From Acidobacteriota bacterium (lineage in GTDB: Bacteria; Acidobacteriota; Vicinamibacteria; Vicinamibacterales; UBA2999): 64,000 nt of DNA. Both the position numbers and the translations under genes were made by a program. The number at the start of each line of letters is the position of its first letter. Position 1 is the stretch's first letter. The notes beneath the pieces were generated by a model. The model made no database searches, was not told the origin of the DNA, and saw nothing but the letters and a program-made list of their open reading frames with translations. The DNA lies in NCBI GenBank assembly GCA_046727855.1, contig JBKPDL010000025.1, positions 15,697 to 79,696 of the forward strand. The letters are read 5' to 3'. This document shows positions 54,751-63,882 of the stretch, one piece after another.

Positions 54751-55374
54751 CTAGTGTCTGACCAGCGCAAGCGATCGAAGTTTGCGCGCACGGCGCTCTT
54801 CGCTGCAGATGTTTTCTCCCGGCGCCGGTCGCTCGCCGAGAAACAAACGGTTCCCGTCGCGCTTCACGAGATCGAATTCCTGGGGGCAGGCCGACACCGG
54901 TGTGATCCAGAGGCAACCCGTTTTGGTCACGTCCTGCGGCTCGCCGCGTTTCCAAGCGCGTCCCCCGCATGAGTTGTTGGCTTGGGCCAGCAGCGACTCG
55001 TCGTAAATGGTGACCGCCTTGTACGAAAAGCCGAACGTCGCGTCGTGCGCAGCCGCGACAATTGGTGACGGTTGCGTGATCTCGTACTCCCCGGCGAAGA
55101 ATGCCCTCATTGTGGGACGCGCGCATTGGTCATCGCCGAACTGCACGAACTCGAGGCCCCATTGGCGACCCAGAAAGACGAAGGCACTCTTCGAACTCGT
55201 GCGAGTGCCGTCTCGCTCCTGGACGACACATGCTTCGCTTTCCCAGAAACCCATGAGTTCCACCCCATCGCGCACAACCGGCGCGGCGAGGACGTCGGCG
55301 ATGGTTGTGGTCAGTGCCGTGAGACCAGAGACGATCGCGCCGATCAGCAGCGCCAGCACCGTGAAAATGGACAT
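54751..55374 (-). CDS. Membrane-anchored/secreted Cys-containing protein, possibly APCDD1-like domain
   Basis: N-terminal TM. WESEAC...DDQCARP...GEYEI...NNSCGG..W..GEPQDVTKTGC...CPQEFDLV spacing resembles the APCDD1 domain. This is from memory only. Confidence 0.45.
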   Translation of the reverse strand: MSIFTVLALLIGAIVSGLTALTTTIADVLAAPVVRDGVELMGFWESEACVVQERDGTRTSSKSAFVFLGRQWGLEFVQFGDDQCARPTMRAFFAGEYEITQPSPIVAAAHDATFGFSYKAVTIYDESLLAQANNSCGGRAWKRGEPQDVTKTGCLWITPVSACPQEFDLVKRDGNRLFLGERPAPGENICSEERRARKLRSLALVRH

Positions 55375-55383
55375 CGCGGCCTC

Positions 55384-56217
55384 CTACCACACTGCAATCA
55401 GCCGCACCGGTCCGCCCGTTGCGCCCTTGACCTTGGTCGCTCCCACGAACACCGTCGCGCCCGAAGGAGGCACTTCCGACAAGTTGGCGACCAGCTCTAC
55501 GCCCCACTTCCCCGTCGCGAGCCATGTTTTGTGAGCGGCGTACTTGGTGTCGAGTCCGGGGTCGAGGGAGAGCGTGTCCACTCCGATGCCCGCCACGTCG
55601 CGTGAGCGGGCAAGGAATGTCGCGGCCTCCGCCGAGAATCCCGGAAAGTGCATGGCGCCTGAGGCATCTGGGTTGACGAACGCCTTGGCGTTCGCAATTC
55701 GCGCGGCCCATCCAGATGTCATGAACACGCCAGCCTGCTTGGGGATGCGGCCATGGCGCTGCTCCCATGCTTCGATATCTGCTACCGTCAGCGACGTGTC
55801 CGCATTCGAAGCGGCACGCGTGGACACATCAATGACCACCAGTGGCACCACCAGGTTCGTCACGGGCAGTTGCTCGAGCGAGAGGGCGCCATCGAAAAAA
55901 TGGTTGGGCGCATCGATCTGCGTGCCGAGGTGTTCGTGGATCTCCCAGCGATACGCGGCAACACCGTTCTTGGAAACCGTCGCGATTAGTGTCTTCTTGA
56001 ACGGGAATGTAATGCCTGGCACGGGGATGTACGGCGTCTCTTCGCTCAACGTGTGTGTCAGATCAACGACATGCTCGAAGCGACGAGCATCTATGTCGGT
56101 TAGTGCGCGCGCAGACGGTGCTTGCATGCACGCGACTGCTGATGAAAGGGCCAACAGCAGAAGCGCGAGTTTTGCCGTCGTTGGGGTGCTGTAACGTATG
56201 TGCTGACTCATCATCAT
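55384..56217 (-). CDS. Cyclase-family protein (kynurenine formamidase-like), secreted
   Basis: VVDLTHTL...HLGTQIDAPNHF...GVDTLSLD motifs and a signal peptide. Start at MMMSQH. Confidence 0.8.
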   Translation of the reverse strand: MMMSQHIRYSTPTTAKLALLLLALSSAVACMQAPSARALTDIDARRFEHVVDLTHTLSEETPYIPVPGITFPFKKTLIATVSKNGVAAYRWEIHEHLGTQIDAPNHFFDGALSLEQLPVTNLVVPLVVIDVSTRAASNADTSLTVADIEAWEQRHGRIPKQAGVFMTSGWAARIANAKAFVNPDASGAMHFPGFSAEAATFLARSRDVAGIGVDTLSLDPGLDTKYAAHKTWLATGKWGVELVANLSEVPPSGATVFVGATKVKGATGGPVRLIAVW

Positions 56218-56313
56218 GACGTTAACCTCATCTCGCTTGGTATCGTAGGCGCCTGAGAGCGATGCTTTCAACGCACGCAAAGGTGCGTTGGTTACCGAAA
56301 GGAGCGCGCAGCA

Positions 56314-56664
56314 ATGCCGCGCCGTCGCGACAACCAGTACTCGTGTCCGGTTGAACTGACGCTCGATGTCGTGGGCGGTAAGTGGAAACCGATGATTCTG
56401 TGGCTGCTCGGTCGGAAGAAGCGACGCTTCAACGATCTGCAAGCGGCCATGCCCGGCATCACACATAAGGTCCTCACTCACCAACTCCGCGAGCTGCAGC
56501 GGGATGGCATCGTGATACGCATCGTCGCGGGTGAGCCCCGCTTGCGAGTCGATTACGCGCTCACCGACTTCGGCGCGACGCTGAGGCCTGTCCTCGATGG
56601 GATGGCGACCTGGGCAAAGCGTCACCATCGGCGGTTTGGCGTGACGATTCTTCCAACGCCATGA
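56314..56664 (+). CDS. HxlR-family winged-helix transcriptional regulator
   Basis: CPVELTLDVVGGKWKPMILWLL...RFNDLQAAMPGITHKVLTHQLRELQRDGIV. Confidence 0.85.
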   Translation: MPRRRDNQYSCPVELTLDVVGGKWKPMILWLLGRKKRRFNDLQAAMPGITHKVLTHQLRELQRDGIVIRIVAGEPRLRVDYALTDFGATLRPVLDGMATWAKRHHRRFGVTILPTP

Positions 56665-56726
56665 CGATTGCAGGCTGGGCTCCGACAATCAGGCCCATGT
56701 CAGATTACGAGGAGGCCACACAGAAG

Positions 56727-56758
56727 GCGTGAAAGTTCTGTTGAATCTCCGTTGGGAT
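56727..56758. repeat. 32-nt repeat GCGTGAAAGTTCTGTTGAATCTCCGTTGGGAT (copy 2)
   Basis: 31/32 identical to 43307-43338. Here it lies between convergent gene ends. Confidence 0.6.
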
Positions 56759-56878
56759 GCACGTGAACGCGGTTGATGGCGTGCGCGTAATGGCGAGCGG
56801 ACACCGTTGAGGTGCGCAGACCCTAGCCGCACGCGACGCTGACTCTGTGAGTGACGATCATTGCAGCGGGGGCGCTCA

Positions 56879-57351
56879 CTATCTGGTGCTGAACCCGCAG
56901 GACGCGGATGTCTTGTTGCCTCCTGCCGCGACGGACTTCATCTCGATCTCGTACTCCAGCCCCTGCGCGAGAAAGCCATCCGGGATCACGAAACTCGTGG
57001 AGTCCGGGTTGCGGGTGATCCTGAGATTGGCTCCCGTGTCGTCTTGCTCGATGATGATCTCGTACCCTCCGTCGGCGCCGGCAACCGTGTGCCACGCTAT
57101 TGTGACGGGAGCGTTGGGATCGACCGCTTCGTTACATGGGCTGAAGTTGAAGAAGTCGGGCGCGGCCACCACGTCGTGTGTGAGCCTGACCCTGCCGACC
57201 AATGGCGCGCCGTTCACGTCCAGGCCCGAGAACAGGTAGCGTCCCTTGGGGTACGCGCGCCGGACCTCCTCCACGGAGGGTTCGTCGCTCTCGCGCTGCC
57301 TGACTTCCAAATAAACGGAATGGCCGAATCTGCGGCCTCTTTTGTCAGTCG
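56879..57351 (-). CDS. Hypothetical beta-rich protein with no convincing start codon (possible 5'-truncated gene)
   Basis: The ORF is open upstream into the MocR gene. Downstream of the MocR stop there is no ATG, only weak TTG/GTG candidates, and no signal peptide. The C-terminal 39 aa are duplicated at 50441-50560. Confidence 0.35.
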
Positions 57352-58827
57352 TCAGGCTTCGATGCGGACCGCAGCTGTCGCGAGTCGCCTCGCCGCCTCG
57401 CGCAGCTCGTGATCGTTCAGGCAGGCAAACCCGAGCCGTGCATTTGACACGGCAGTCGCGTTCATCGTGAAGGCAGCGCCGGCATCGAACGCCACGCCAG
57501 CCCCTCGCGCCGCCTGCATCCAGCGCGTCATCGTACGTGCATCGCGCGTCCGCACCCAGAGGGCTGTGCCGCCGGACGGCTGCCGGAACGTCAAGAAGTG
57601 GTCCAGCTGCGTGCGGAGCGCGGCGGCCAACGTCTCCAGACGGGCGCGATAGATTCGCCGCATCTTGCGGACGTGTCGCTGAATCAGCCCATCCTCGAAC
57701 AGTTCGGCGACGGCGCATTCGAGCACCGGATCGCCCTGCAAATCGGCGAACGAGCGATACGCGACCAGCCGCTCGATCAAGTCACCGGGTGCCACGATAA
57801 ACCCAAGCCGCAGCCCCGGAGCAAGGACCTTCGACAACGTCCCGATGTAGATGACGAGGCCGGCAGCATCGGCGCTCGCCAGCGGCAATACCGGGCGACC
57901 GCTGTAATGAAACTCGTGATCGTAGTCGTCTTCGATGATCGCGAAGCGTTCCTGTGCCGCTAACTGCAGAAGCGCGAGCCGACGCGGCGCTGTCAGCGTC
58001 ACCGTAGTCGGATACTGATGATGCGGGGTGACGTACACCGCTCGGATCGGCCGCCGCGCGATCGCCCGTTGGAGCGCCAATACGTCCAACCCGTGTTCAT
58101 CCACTCGCACCGGGACGATCTCGGCTCCCGCGATCCTGAACGCCTCCCACGCGGGCCGATATCCGGGATGCTCGACCGCGATTGCATCAGCCGGACGAAT
58201 CAGCGCTCGCGCCACTAGCGCGAGCGCCATCTGACTACCGCGCGTGACGAGGACGGAGCTCGGATCGACGGCGAGACCGCGCGTCGCGGAGAGCATCGCT
58301 GCCAGCGCTTCACGAAGCCGTGGGACACCGGCTGGATCACTGTAGGAGACCAATGCCGGTCCGAACCTGTGGAGCACGCGGCGATATGCGCGTCCGATCA
58401 GATCAGCAGGCACGAGCCGCACATCCGGTCGTGTGCCTGACATCAGAATCGTTCCCGTGGGAACCACTCGCGGCAGCTCGGGAGGCGGCGAGGGGCCGAT
58501 CGCAAGCGCAAATTGAGAGGCGGGACGGCGACGAATTCGCGCAGCTCGCGCCGACCGCCTTAGCGGCTGCTCAGGCAGGTGGGCGACAAATACGCCAGAC
58601 GCGCGCCTGCTGATCAGCCAACCCTCGGCCACCAGCTCGTCGATGGCGGCGACCACTGTCTGGCGATGGACCCGCAGCGTGCGCGCGAGCGTTCGCGAGC
58701 CCGGAAGCCGGTCGCCGGGATGCAGCCGCCCTCGCTGGATCTCGACGGTGAGCGCCCGCGCGATCTGCCGCACGAACGACATGCCGTGCGAGCGATCGAC
58801 CTCGAATGCGAACTCCCAGCGCGCCAT
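57352..58827 (-). CDS. MocR/GntR-type regulator (wHTH fused to PLP-dependent aminotransferase fold)
   Basis: MARWEF...FVRQIARALTVEIQRGRLHPGDRLPGSRTLARTLRVHRQTVVAAIDELVAEGWL, then an aminotransferase class I/II-like domain (...IYIGTLSKVLAPGLRLGF). Confidence 0.9.
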   Translation of the reverse strand: MARWEFAFEVDRSHGMSFVRQIARALTVEIQRGRLHPGDRLPGSRTLARTLRVHRQTVVAAIDELVAEGWLISRRASGVFVAHLPEQPLRRSARAARIRRRPASQFALAIGPSPPPELPRVVPTGTILMSGTRPDVRLVPADLIGRAYRRVLHRFGPALVSYSDPAGVPRLREALAAMLSATRGLAVDPSSVLVTRGSQMALALVARALIRPADAIAVEHPGYRPAWEAFRIAGAEIVPVRVDEHGLDVLALQRAIARRPIRAVYVTPHHQYPTTVTLTAPRRLALLQLAAQERFAIIEDDYDHEFHYSGRPVLPLASADAAGLVIYIGTLSKVLAPGLRLGFIVAPGDLIERLVAYRSFADLQGDPVLECAVAELFEDGLIQRHVRKMRRIYRARLETLAAALRTQLDHFLTFRQPSGGTALWVRTRDARTMTRWMQAARGAGVAFDAGAAFTMNATAVSNARLGFACLNDHELREAARRLATAAVRIEA

Positions 58828-58954
58828 GCGCGTTCCCTCAGTGGCTTGAAACTGGTCCAGCAAGAATATCCGATTCCGCTCACTTGGATAGGCCATCTGG
58901 CCCATCGGACTTTTCGGAACTGGCCCATGACTCCTTACATCGTTCTCACCTACG

Positions 58955-60205
58955 GTGGAAGCCATGCGATGGATGCTCCTTTTGCTCGCGTGTCTGACGG
59001 GAATGACGATGAGTCCAATCGGTCCACCAGAAGCGGCCTGCTGTCCGGTGCTCGAACTGCGGCAGTACACCCTCAAACCGGATCAGCGCGAAGTCCTGAT
59101 CGACCTCTTCGAGCGCCATTTCATCGAGTCGCAGGAAGCAGTGGGCATGACGCTCGTCGGGCAGTTTCGCGATCGGCGTCGCGCGGATCGCTTCGTGTGG
59201 TTGCGCGGCTTCTCGAACATGGAAAGCCGCCATAAGGCACTCGAGGCGTTCTATGGCGGTCCGGTCTGGGCGGCTCACAAAACCGAGGCGAACAACACGA
59301 TGGAGGATTCCAGTGACGTGTTGCTCCTCAGGCCTGCTCGGCCAGAGCTCGCGTTTCGCATTGCTGCGCCCTCGGGAACATCGTCGCACGACCGTGGGCC
59401 TTCAACCGTGCTAGCGGGAATCTATCAAACGCTCCGACCGGCCGACGCCGAGCTCATCACGCGATTCGAGCAGCAGATCGCGCCGATTCTGCAAGCGAAT
59501 CGTGTGAAGGTCGAAGGAGTGTTCGTGACCGAATCCGCGCGCAACACCTTCACGAGACTGCCTGTGCGCGAGGGTGAGCACGTGCTGGTGTGGTTTGGAG
59601 TGGTGCAAGACCCTGGAAGTTCGCCGGAATGGATCGACCGGCTTGCCAGTATGACGGCTCTGGACAATCGGCCCGTATCGTTGCTGCGGTTGGAGCCTAC
59701 GCCACGTTCGAGCCTGGGCGATGGTTCCAAAGCCGCACGCGCGACGAAGCATGACTTCGATTTCCTGTTTGGGTCGTGGAATATCCAGAACCGGTATCTC
59801 AAGGGTCGGTTGCGTCAGTCGAGCGAGTGGACGGAGTTCGCCGCCCAGTCGCAGGTCGAGCCGCTGCTGGACGGTTTTGGCCATCTCGATCGTTATAGCG
59901 CCGTCCGCGACGGCTCGCCGTTCGAGGGCATCACGCTGCGGCTGTTCGATCCCACGACAGGTGAGTGGTCGATCCACTGGGCCGATACCGGGCGCGCGCG
60001 AACCCTACTGCCGCCGATGGTGGGGAGATTCATCGGTGGGGTGGGCGAGTTTTTTGGCGACGAAACAGTGGACGGCAAAAAGGTGCGCTGCCGGTTCCTC
60101 TGGACGCGACCCACGGCCAACTCCGCTCAGTGGGAGCAGGCTTTCTCGGAGGATGGCGGGAAGACGTGGGAAACGAACTGGATCATGACGTTCACGCGAC
60201 CATGA
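58955..60205 (+). CDS. NIPSNAP-domain protein (two NIPSNAP-like repeats plus C-terminal beta domain)
   Basis: VLELRQYTLKPDQREVLIDLFERHF...RFVWLRGFSNMESRHKALEAFY. Second repeat VLAGIYQTLRP.... N-terminal signal-like segment. Confidence 0.7.
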   Translation: MEAMRWMLLLLACLTGMTMSPIGPPEAACCPVLELRQYTLKPDQREVLIDLFERHFIESQEAVGMTLVGQFRDRRRADRFVWLRGFSNMESRHKALEAFYGGPVWAAHKTEANNTMEDSSDVLLLRPARPELAFRIAAPSGTSSHDRGPSTVLAGIYQTLRPADAELITRFEQQIAPILQANRVKVEGVFVTESARNTFTRLPVREGEHVLVWFGVVQDPGSSPEWIDRLASMTALDNRPVSLLRLEPTPRSSLGDGSKAARATKHDFDFLFGSWNIQNRYLKGRLRQSSEWTEFAAQSQVEPLLDGFGHLDRYSAVRDGSPFEGITLRLFDPTTGEWSIHWADTGRARTLLPPMVGRFIGGVGEFFGDETVDGKKVRCRFLWTRPTANSAQWEQAFSEDGGKTWETNWIMTFTRP

Positions 60206-60284
60206 TGGTGCGCCGGTCTATCGATCGCAGCGCGCGCAGCACTTGCTTCGCGCCGAACCTTCTTGGCAAAAACCCAAAGTTTGT

Positions 60285-60728
60285 TTAAGAACTTTTGCGC
60301 GGACTCTCTCGATCGAGCAGCTCGCGAAGCAGTTGCAAGCCCTTCGCGATTGCGCGGCGCTGTTCCGGCGTGGCCGCTGCTAACGCTGTAGCCAGGCGAG
60401 CGGCGGGTCCCGCCTCGAGCTCTCTTACATACCGCGTCACCTTGTCGGTGACCACAATGCGCGTGCGGCGCTTGTCGGTGGCGTCAGGGTTGCGCTGGAG
60501 CAGGCCCCGCGCCGCAAGCCTGTCGACGATTCCGGACGCGGTGCTATGGCTCATGCCCAGCGTCCGACTGAGCTCGGTCAACATCATCGGTCCCCGACTG
60601 ACGAGGGAGGCCATCAACGTGACCTGAGGTCCGGTGAGGCCGCTTTCCTCGGCTTCTGCGAACGGGTTGCGGAAGAGATCGCGCCAGAGAGCCCTGATGT
60701 GCGCAAGCGTGCCCTCCGTCTCGCGCAT
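60285..60728 (-). CDS. MarR family transcriptional regulator
   Basis: LTGPQVTLMASLVSRGPMMLTELSRTLGMSHSTASGIVDRLAARGLLQRNPDATDKRRTRIVVT. Start at MRETEG. Confidence 0.85.
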   Translation of the reverse strand: MRETEGTLAHIRALWRDLFRNPFAEAEESGLTGPQVTLMASLVSRGPMMLTELSRTLGMSHSTASGIVDRLAARGLLQRNPDATDKRRTRIVVTDKVTRYVRELEAGPAARLATALAAATPEQRRAIAKGLQLLRELLDRESPRKSS

Positions 60729-60784
60729 CAACGCCGGATCGCGACGTGCGAGCGACGCGCGTTTCTGTCGTCGTTTAGGTGCGG

Positions 60785-60841
60785 TTGACACTCTCGAGCA
60801 CGAAGCGTAACATGCGTCGTGTACGACGCGTCGTACACGAC
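60785..60841 (+). promoter_or_regulatory. Sigma70-type promoter followed by a perfect 12-2-12 palindromic operator (candidate MarR site)
   Basis: TTGACA (60785-60790), 17 nt, TAACAT (60808-60813). Then GTCGTGTACGAC-GC-GTCGTACACGAC (60816-60841). Lies between divergent MarR and 60894 genes. Confidence 0.6.
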
Positions 60842-60893
60842 ATAATGCTCGCGGGCGACGCAATGTCTCTTCGTTCAGGGAAGGAGAGCCGAA

Positions 60894-61562
60894 ATGAAGC
60901 GCCTGATCATGATGCTGATAATCGTTCCAGGCCTGACCTGGAGCGCAGCGGCGGACAGTCAATCAAGTCAAGCCAGTGGGTCTCACGCTGACCACTCGCA
61001 GCAGCCCAACACGCCGATGGCCTCGAGAGATTCTCATGCGCACGGCCCAGTGGTGCCCGCGATCAGCTATGCCGAGCTGCAGCACACCGCCGAACAGCTG
61101 GCTGTTGCCCGCAAGGCGACCGCGAAATATCAGGACGTTCGCGCGGCTGAGGCGGACGGATACCATGCCATTGGTCCCAACGAGCCCGGCATGGGCATTC
61201 ACTACGTGCGGCAGGGCGCCTCGAGGCCGTTTTCCATCGAGGAGCCGCCCATTCTCCTCTATGAAAGAGATCCGGCGACCGCGAGCCTGCGACTCGTTGG
61301 GGTGAGCTATCTCGTGGTGGCGCCGAGCGGGGCGGATGGACAGCCGGCGACGTCGCCGTTTCCGAAGGCGTTGGTAAGCTGGCACAAACACAACAACATC
61401 TGTGTGCTGCCGGACAATAGTGCGTCTGTCGAGCTGACGAACGCGCAGTGCACGGAGCGTGGCGGTCGCTTCACGGCGGAAACCAGCTGGATGGTGCACG
61501 CGTGGATTTGGAAGGACAGCCCCACGGGCATCTTCAGTCCGACAAACGCCTCTGTGAAGTAG
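60894..61562 (+). CDS. Secreted protein of unknown function with His-rich N-terminal region
   Basis: Signal MKRLIMMLIIVPGLTWSAAA, then SGSHADHSQQPNTPMASRDSHAHG. AGGAG lies 8 nt upstream of the ATG. Confidence 0.6.
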   Translation: MKRLIMMLIIVPGLTWSAAADSQSSQASGSHADHSQQPNTPMASRDSHAHGPVVPAISYAELQHTAEQLAVARKATAKYQDVRAAEADGYHAIGPNEPGMGIHYVRQGASRPFSIEEPPILLYERDPATASLRLVGVSYLVVAPSGADGQPATSPFPKALVSWHKHNNICVLPDNSASVELTNAQCTERGGRFTAETSWMVHAWIWKDSPTGIFSPTNASVK

Positions 61563-61657
61563 CGTCGGAGCACCCAAGCGGAGAGCACGTCAGGAATACG
61601 ATGCCATTCGGGTTCGTCTGACGCGCTGTTTGCACGAGATGTGAGACTGGCGGTCCA

Positions 61658-62578
61658 TCAATCGGAGGATCCGGCCCCGGCCATCACAGTTTCGAGCAGC
61701 TTGACAAGCCGCGCGCCACACGAGCGATCGGGATCGAGTCCGGGGTCGTAAATCGTGAGCTCCAGTCCGAGCGCCTGCGGGTGATGGACCAGCGGCGCGA
61801 GAAGATCGACGATCTCATTCGCGGTGGGACCACCCGGCTCAGGCGAGTCGACAGCCGGCATGTCAATTGGGTTGAGCGCATCCGCATCCAGATGAATCCA
61901 GAATCCTCGCAGCGTCGGCGACGCAAGCCGCGCGAGAACGTCGGCTGCTGCGCCGGCAAAACCGCGTGAGACAAAAACCGAATCAGGAAGATCCAGGATC
62001 TGTGATGCCGCGAGAGCCGCGTGCCCGTACCAGGGCTCCGCCGCATCACGGCGGCCAATCAGCGTCACATCCGCGTCGTTGACGAGTGCGGTGTCGCCGG
62101 CGAGCCGAGCCAGGGGCGTATCTCCACGTCCTACGGCGAGACCCAGGCACATACTCGCCACCGAACCCGTTCGCGATTCTTCCGGCGTTGCAAAGTCGGC
62201 GTGGGCATCGACGTACGCCAGACCCACTGCGCCTCCCGTCGCCCGTCGCGCACCGAGAAGGCCCGCGAGGACGATGCTGCAGTCGCCTCCGAGAAGCAGC
62301 ACGAAGCGACCGCCTTCTGCGGCCGATGCGACGCGCTCGCCGAGCGATGCGCAGTAGGCGGCAAGCTCGCGTTCGTTCCGTGCACGACCTGGTGGACGAA
62401 CATAGTCCCGATAGGCAGGTGGGGTGACATCACCGAGATCGACCGCGCCCAAACGCTCGCTCAACCCGAGCTCGCGGAGGACGGCGGGGGCGCGGTCCAA
62501 ATGTCGCATTTCACCGCTGTTGTAGGGACGGATCCCGATGCTGGATGGTGCTCCAACGATCGCAATCGGGCGGTTCAT
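61658..62578 (-). CDS. Arginase/agmatinase/formimidoylglutamase-family hydrolase
   Basis: GGDCS, VDAHADF and HLDADALNP metal-ligand motifs. Confidence 0.85.
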   Translation of the reverse strand: MNRPIAIVGAPSSIGIRPYNSGEMRHLDRAPAVLRELGLSERLGAVDLGDVTPPAYRDYVRPPGRARNERELAAYCASLGERVASAAEGGRFVLLLGGDCSIVLAGLLGARRATGGAVGLAYVDAHADFATPEESRTGSVASMCLGLAVGRGDTPLARLAGDTALVNDADVTLIGRRDAAEPWYGHAALAASQILDLPDSVFVSRGFAGAAADVLARLASPTLRGFWIHLDADALNPIDMPAVDSPEPGGPTANEIVDLLAPLVHHPQALGLELTIYDPGLDPDRSCGARLVKLLETVMAGAGSSD

Positions 62579-62581
62579 ATA

Positions 62582-62902
62582 TCAGTCCCTTTCCAAACCC
62601 GAGGAGAACACCACCTCGAGATGCTCGACGCGTTCGCCTCGCTCGATCAGGAATCGATCGTCTTCCGGGTAGAACACGGCACGGTCCGGATCGGGACCGG
62701 CGAACGATGCGAGCGCCTCATTCGATTCCCACAGCGTGAGCAGCAGAAACTCGGCGCGGCCGTTGACGCGGCGGCGGAATGCGAAGGCCGCACGGTTGCC
62801 GGGTGTGGCGCGATAGGCGGCGAGGCCGGTGCCCTGCAGGTAGGCCAGGTAGGCGTCCGCATTCTCCGCCGTCGTGACGCCTTTCCAGATCCGGGCAATC
62901 AC
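62582..62902 (-). CDS. Antibiotic biosynthesis monooxygenase (ABM)-like protein
   Basis: MIARIWKGVTTAENADAYLAYL...EFLLLTLWESNEALASFAG. Paralogue of 31534..31842. Confidence 0.75.
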   Translation of the reverse strand: MIARIWKGVTTAENADAYLAYLQGTGLAAYRATPGNRAAFAFRRRVNGRAEFLLLTLWESNEALASFAGPDPDRAVFYPEDDRFLIERGERVEHLEVVFSSGLERD

Positions 62903-63028
62903 AGTGTGCTCCTTGTTCCGCTGCGCCTGCGGCCGTCAGCCGGGAGGCGGTGCACCGGTATAACGGCTTTTACAGGTGCATCGTAGCGCGCGCCACCCTG
63001 CACCTGTCAAGGCTTGAATACCGGTGCT

Positions 63029-63691
63029 ATGCTGACCTGGATGCCGAGGTCGCCGCGATCGCTGTCATTCGCGCCGGAGTTGCCGCTGAAGTTCGTCGGC
63101 GGCGATCCCAGCCTCGATCTCGTGAACACCGTCGACTGGACCGCAGCAGGCCTCGCGAACGACCGGCTCGTGGACTTTGCGCGGCTGGTGGAATGGGCGG
63201 TCGGCTCGGGCGTCATCGGTCGAGCTGGGCGGGCACGACTGCTGGCGATGGCGCGAGATCGTCCGCGTACCGCCCGATCCGCCTACGAGCACGCGCGATG
63301 GGCGCGCTGGGTGCTGCGAGGGTTTTTTGCGTCGATCGCGACCAGAAATGCATCGGCGGCCGCGTTAAAGAACGTCAACCGTCTTCTTCGCGACGCCGGG
63401 CAACATCTGCGGCTCGCCTATGTGGGACGGGGCCCTGTCGGGGTCGAGTGGCGACCCGATCGTGCCGATGATCTGCACGTCGTCCTTTGGGCGGTTGCTC
63501 GATCGGCTGCGAAACTGCTCGAGTCAGATGTGCTGCGGCTTCGCATGTGTGCCGGTCCGGATTGCGGCTGGATGTACGTCGACCGGAGCAGAAATGGGCT
63601 TCGCCGCTGGTGTGAGATGCAGACGTGCGGCACGTTGGCGAAGTCGCGGCGGCGGGCGGCGCGGGTTGCCGCGTCGCGAAAAGGAACGTGA
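63029..63691 (+). CDS. CGNR zinc-finger (ABATE-domain) putative regulator
   Basis: C-terminal CAGPDCGWMYVDRSRNGLRRWCEMQTCGTLAKSRR is the zf-CGNR signature. Confidence 0.85.
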   Translation: MLTWMPRSPRSLSFAPELPLKFVGGDPSLDLVNTVDWTAAGLANDRLVDFARLVEWAVGSGVIGRAGRARLLAMARDRPRTARSAYEHARWARWVLRGFFASIATRNASAAALKNVNRLLRDAGQHLRLAYVGRGPVGVEWRPDRADDLHVVLWAVARSAAKLLESDVLRLRMCAGPDCGWMYVDRSRNGLRRWCEMQTCGTLAKSRRRAARVAASRKGT

Positions 63692-63882
63692 ACTATTTTC
63701 GCCCCTCACTTTGCTGGGCATTCGCCTCGCAGCTCAGCTCGATTGTTACGACCTGTCGATTTCGCCGTACCGCGTTCGACCAATTGATAGGGGCTGGCTT
63801 TTCAAACCGGCCAAGAATCGAACATTTGAGGAGACACGCTCGGCGACGGAAGATTTTGGACGTCAGCGCGCGATCTCAAGGT

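Noticed and set aside
56218-56688. N-terminal extension of the cyclase ORF
   Set aside because: It runs antisense through the HxlR gene. A signal peptide starts at MMMSQH (56217).
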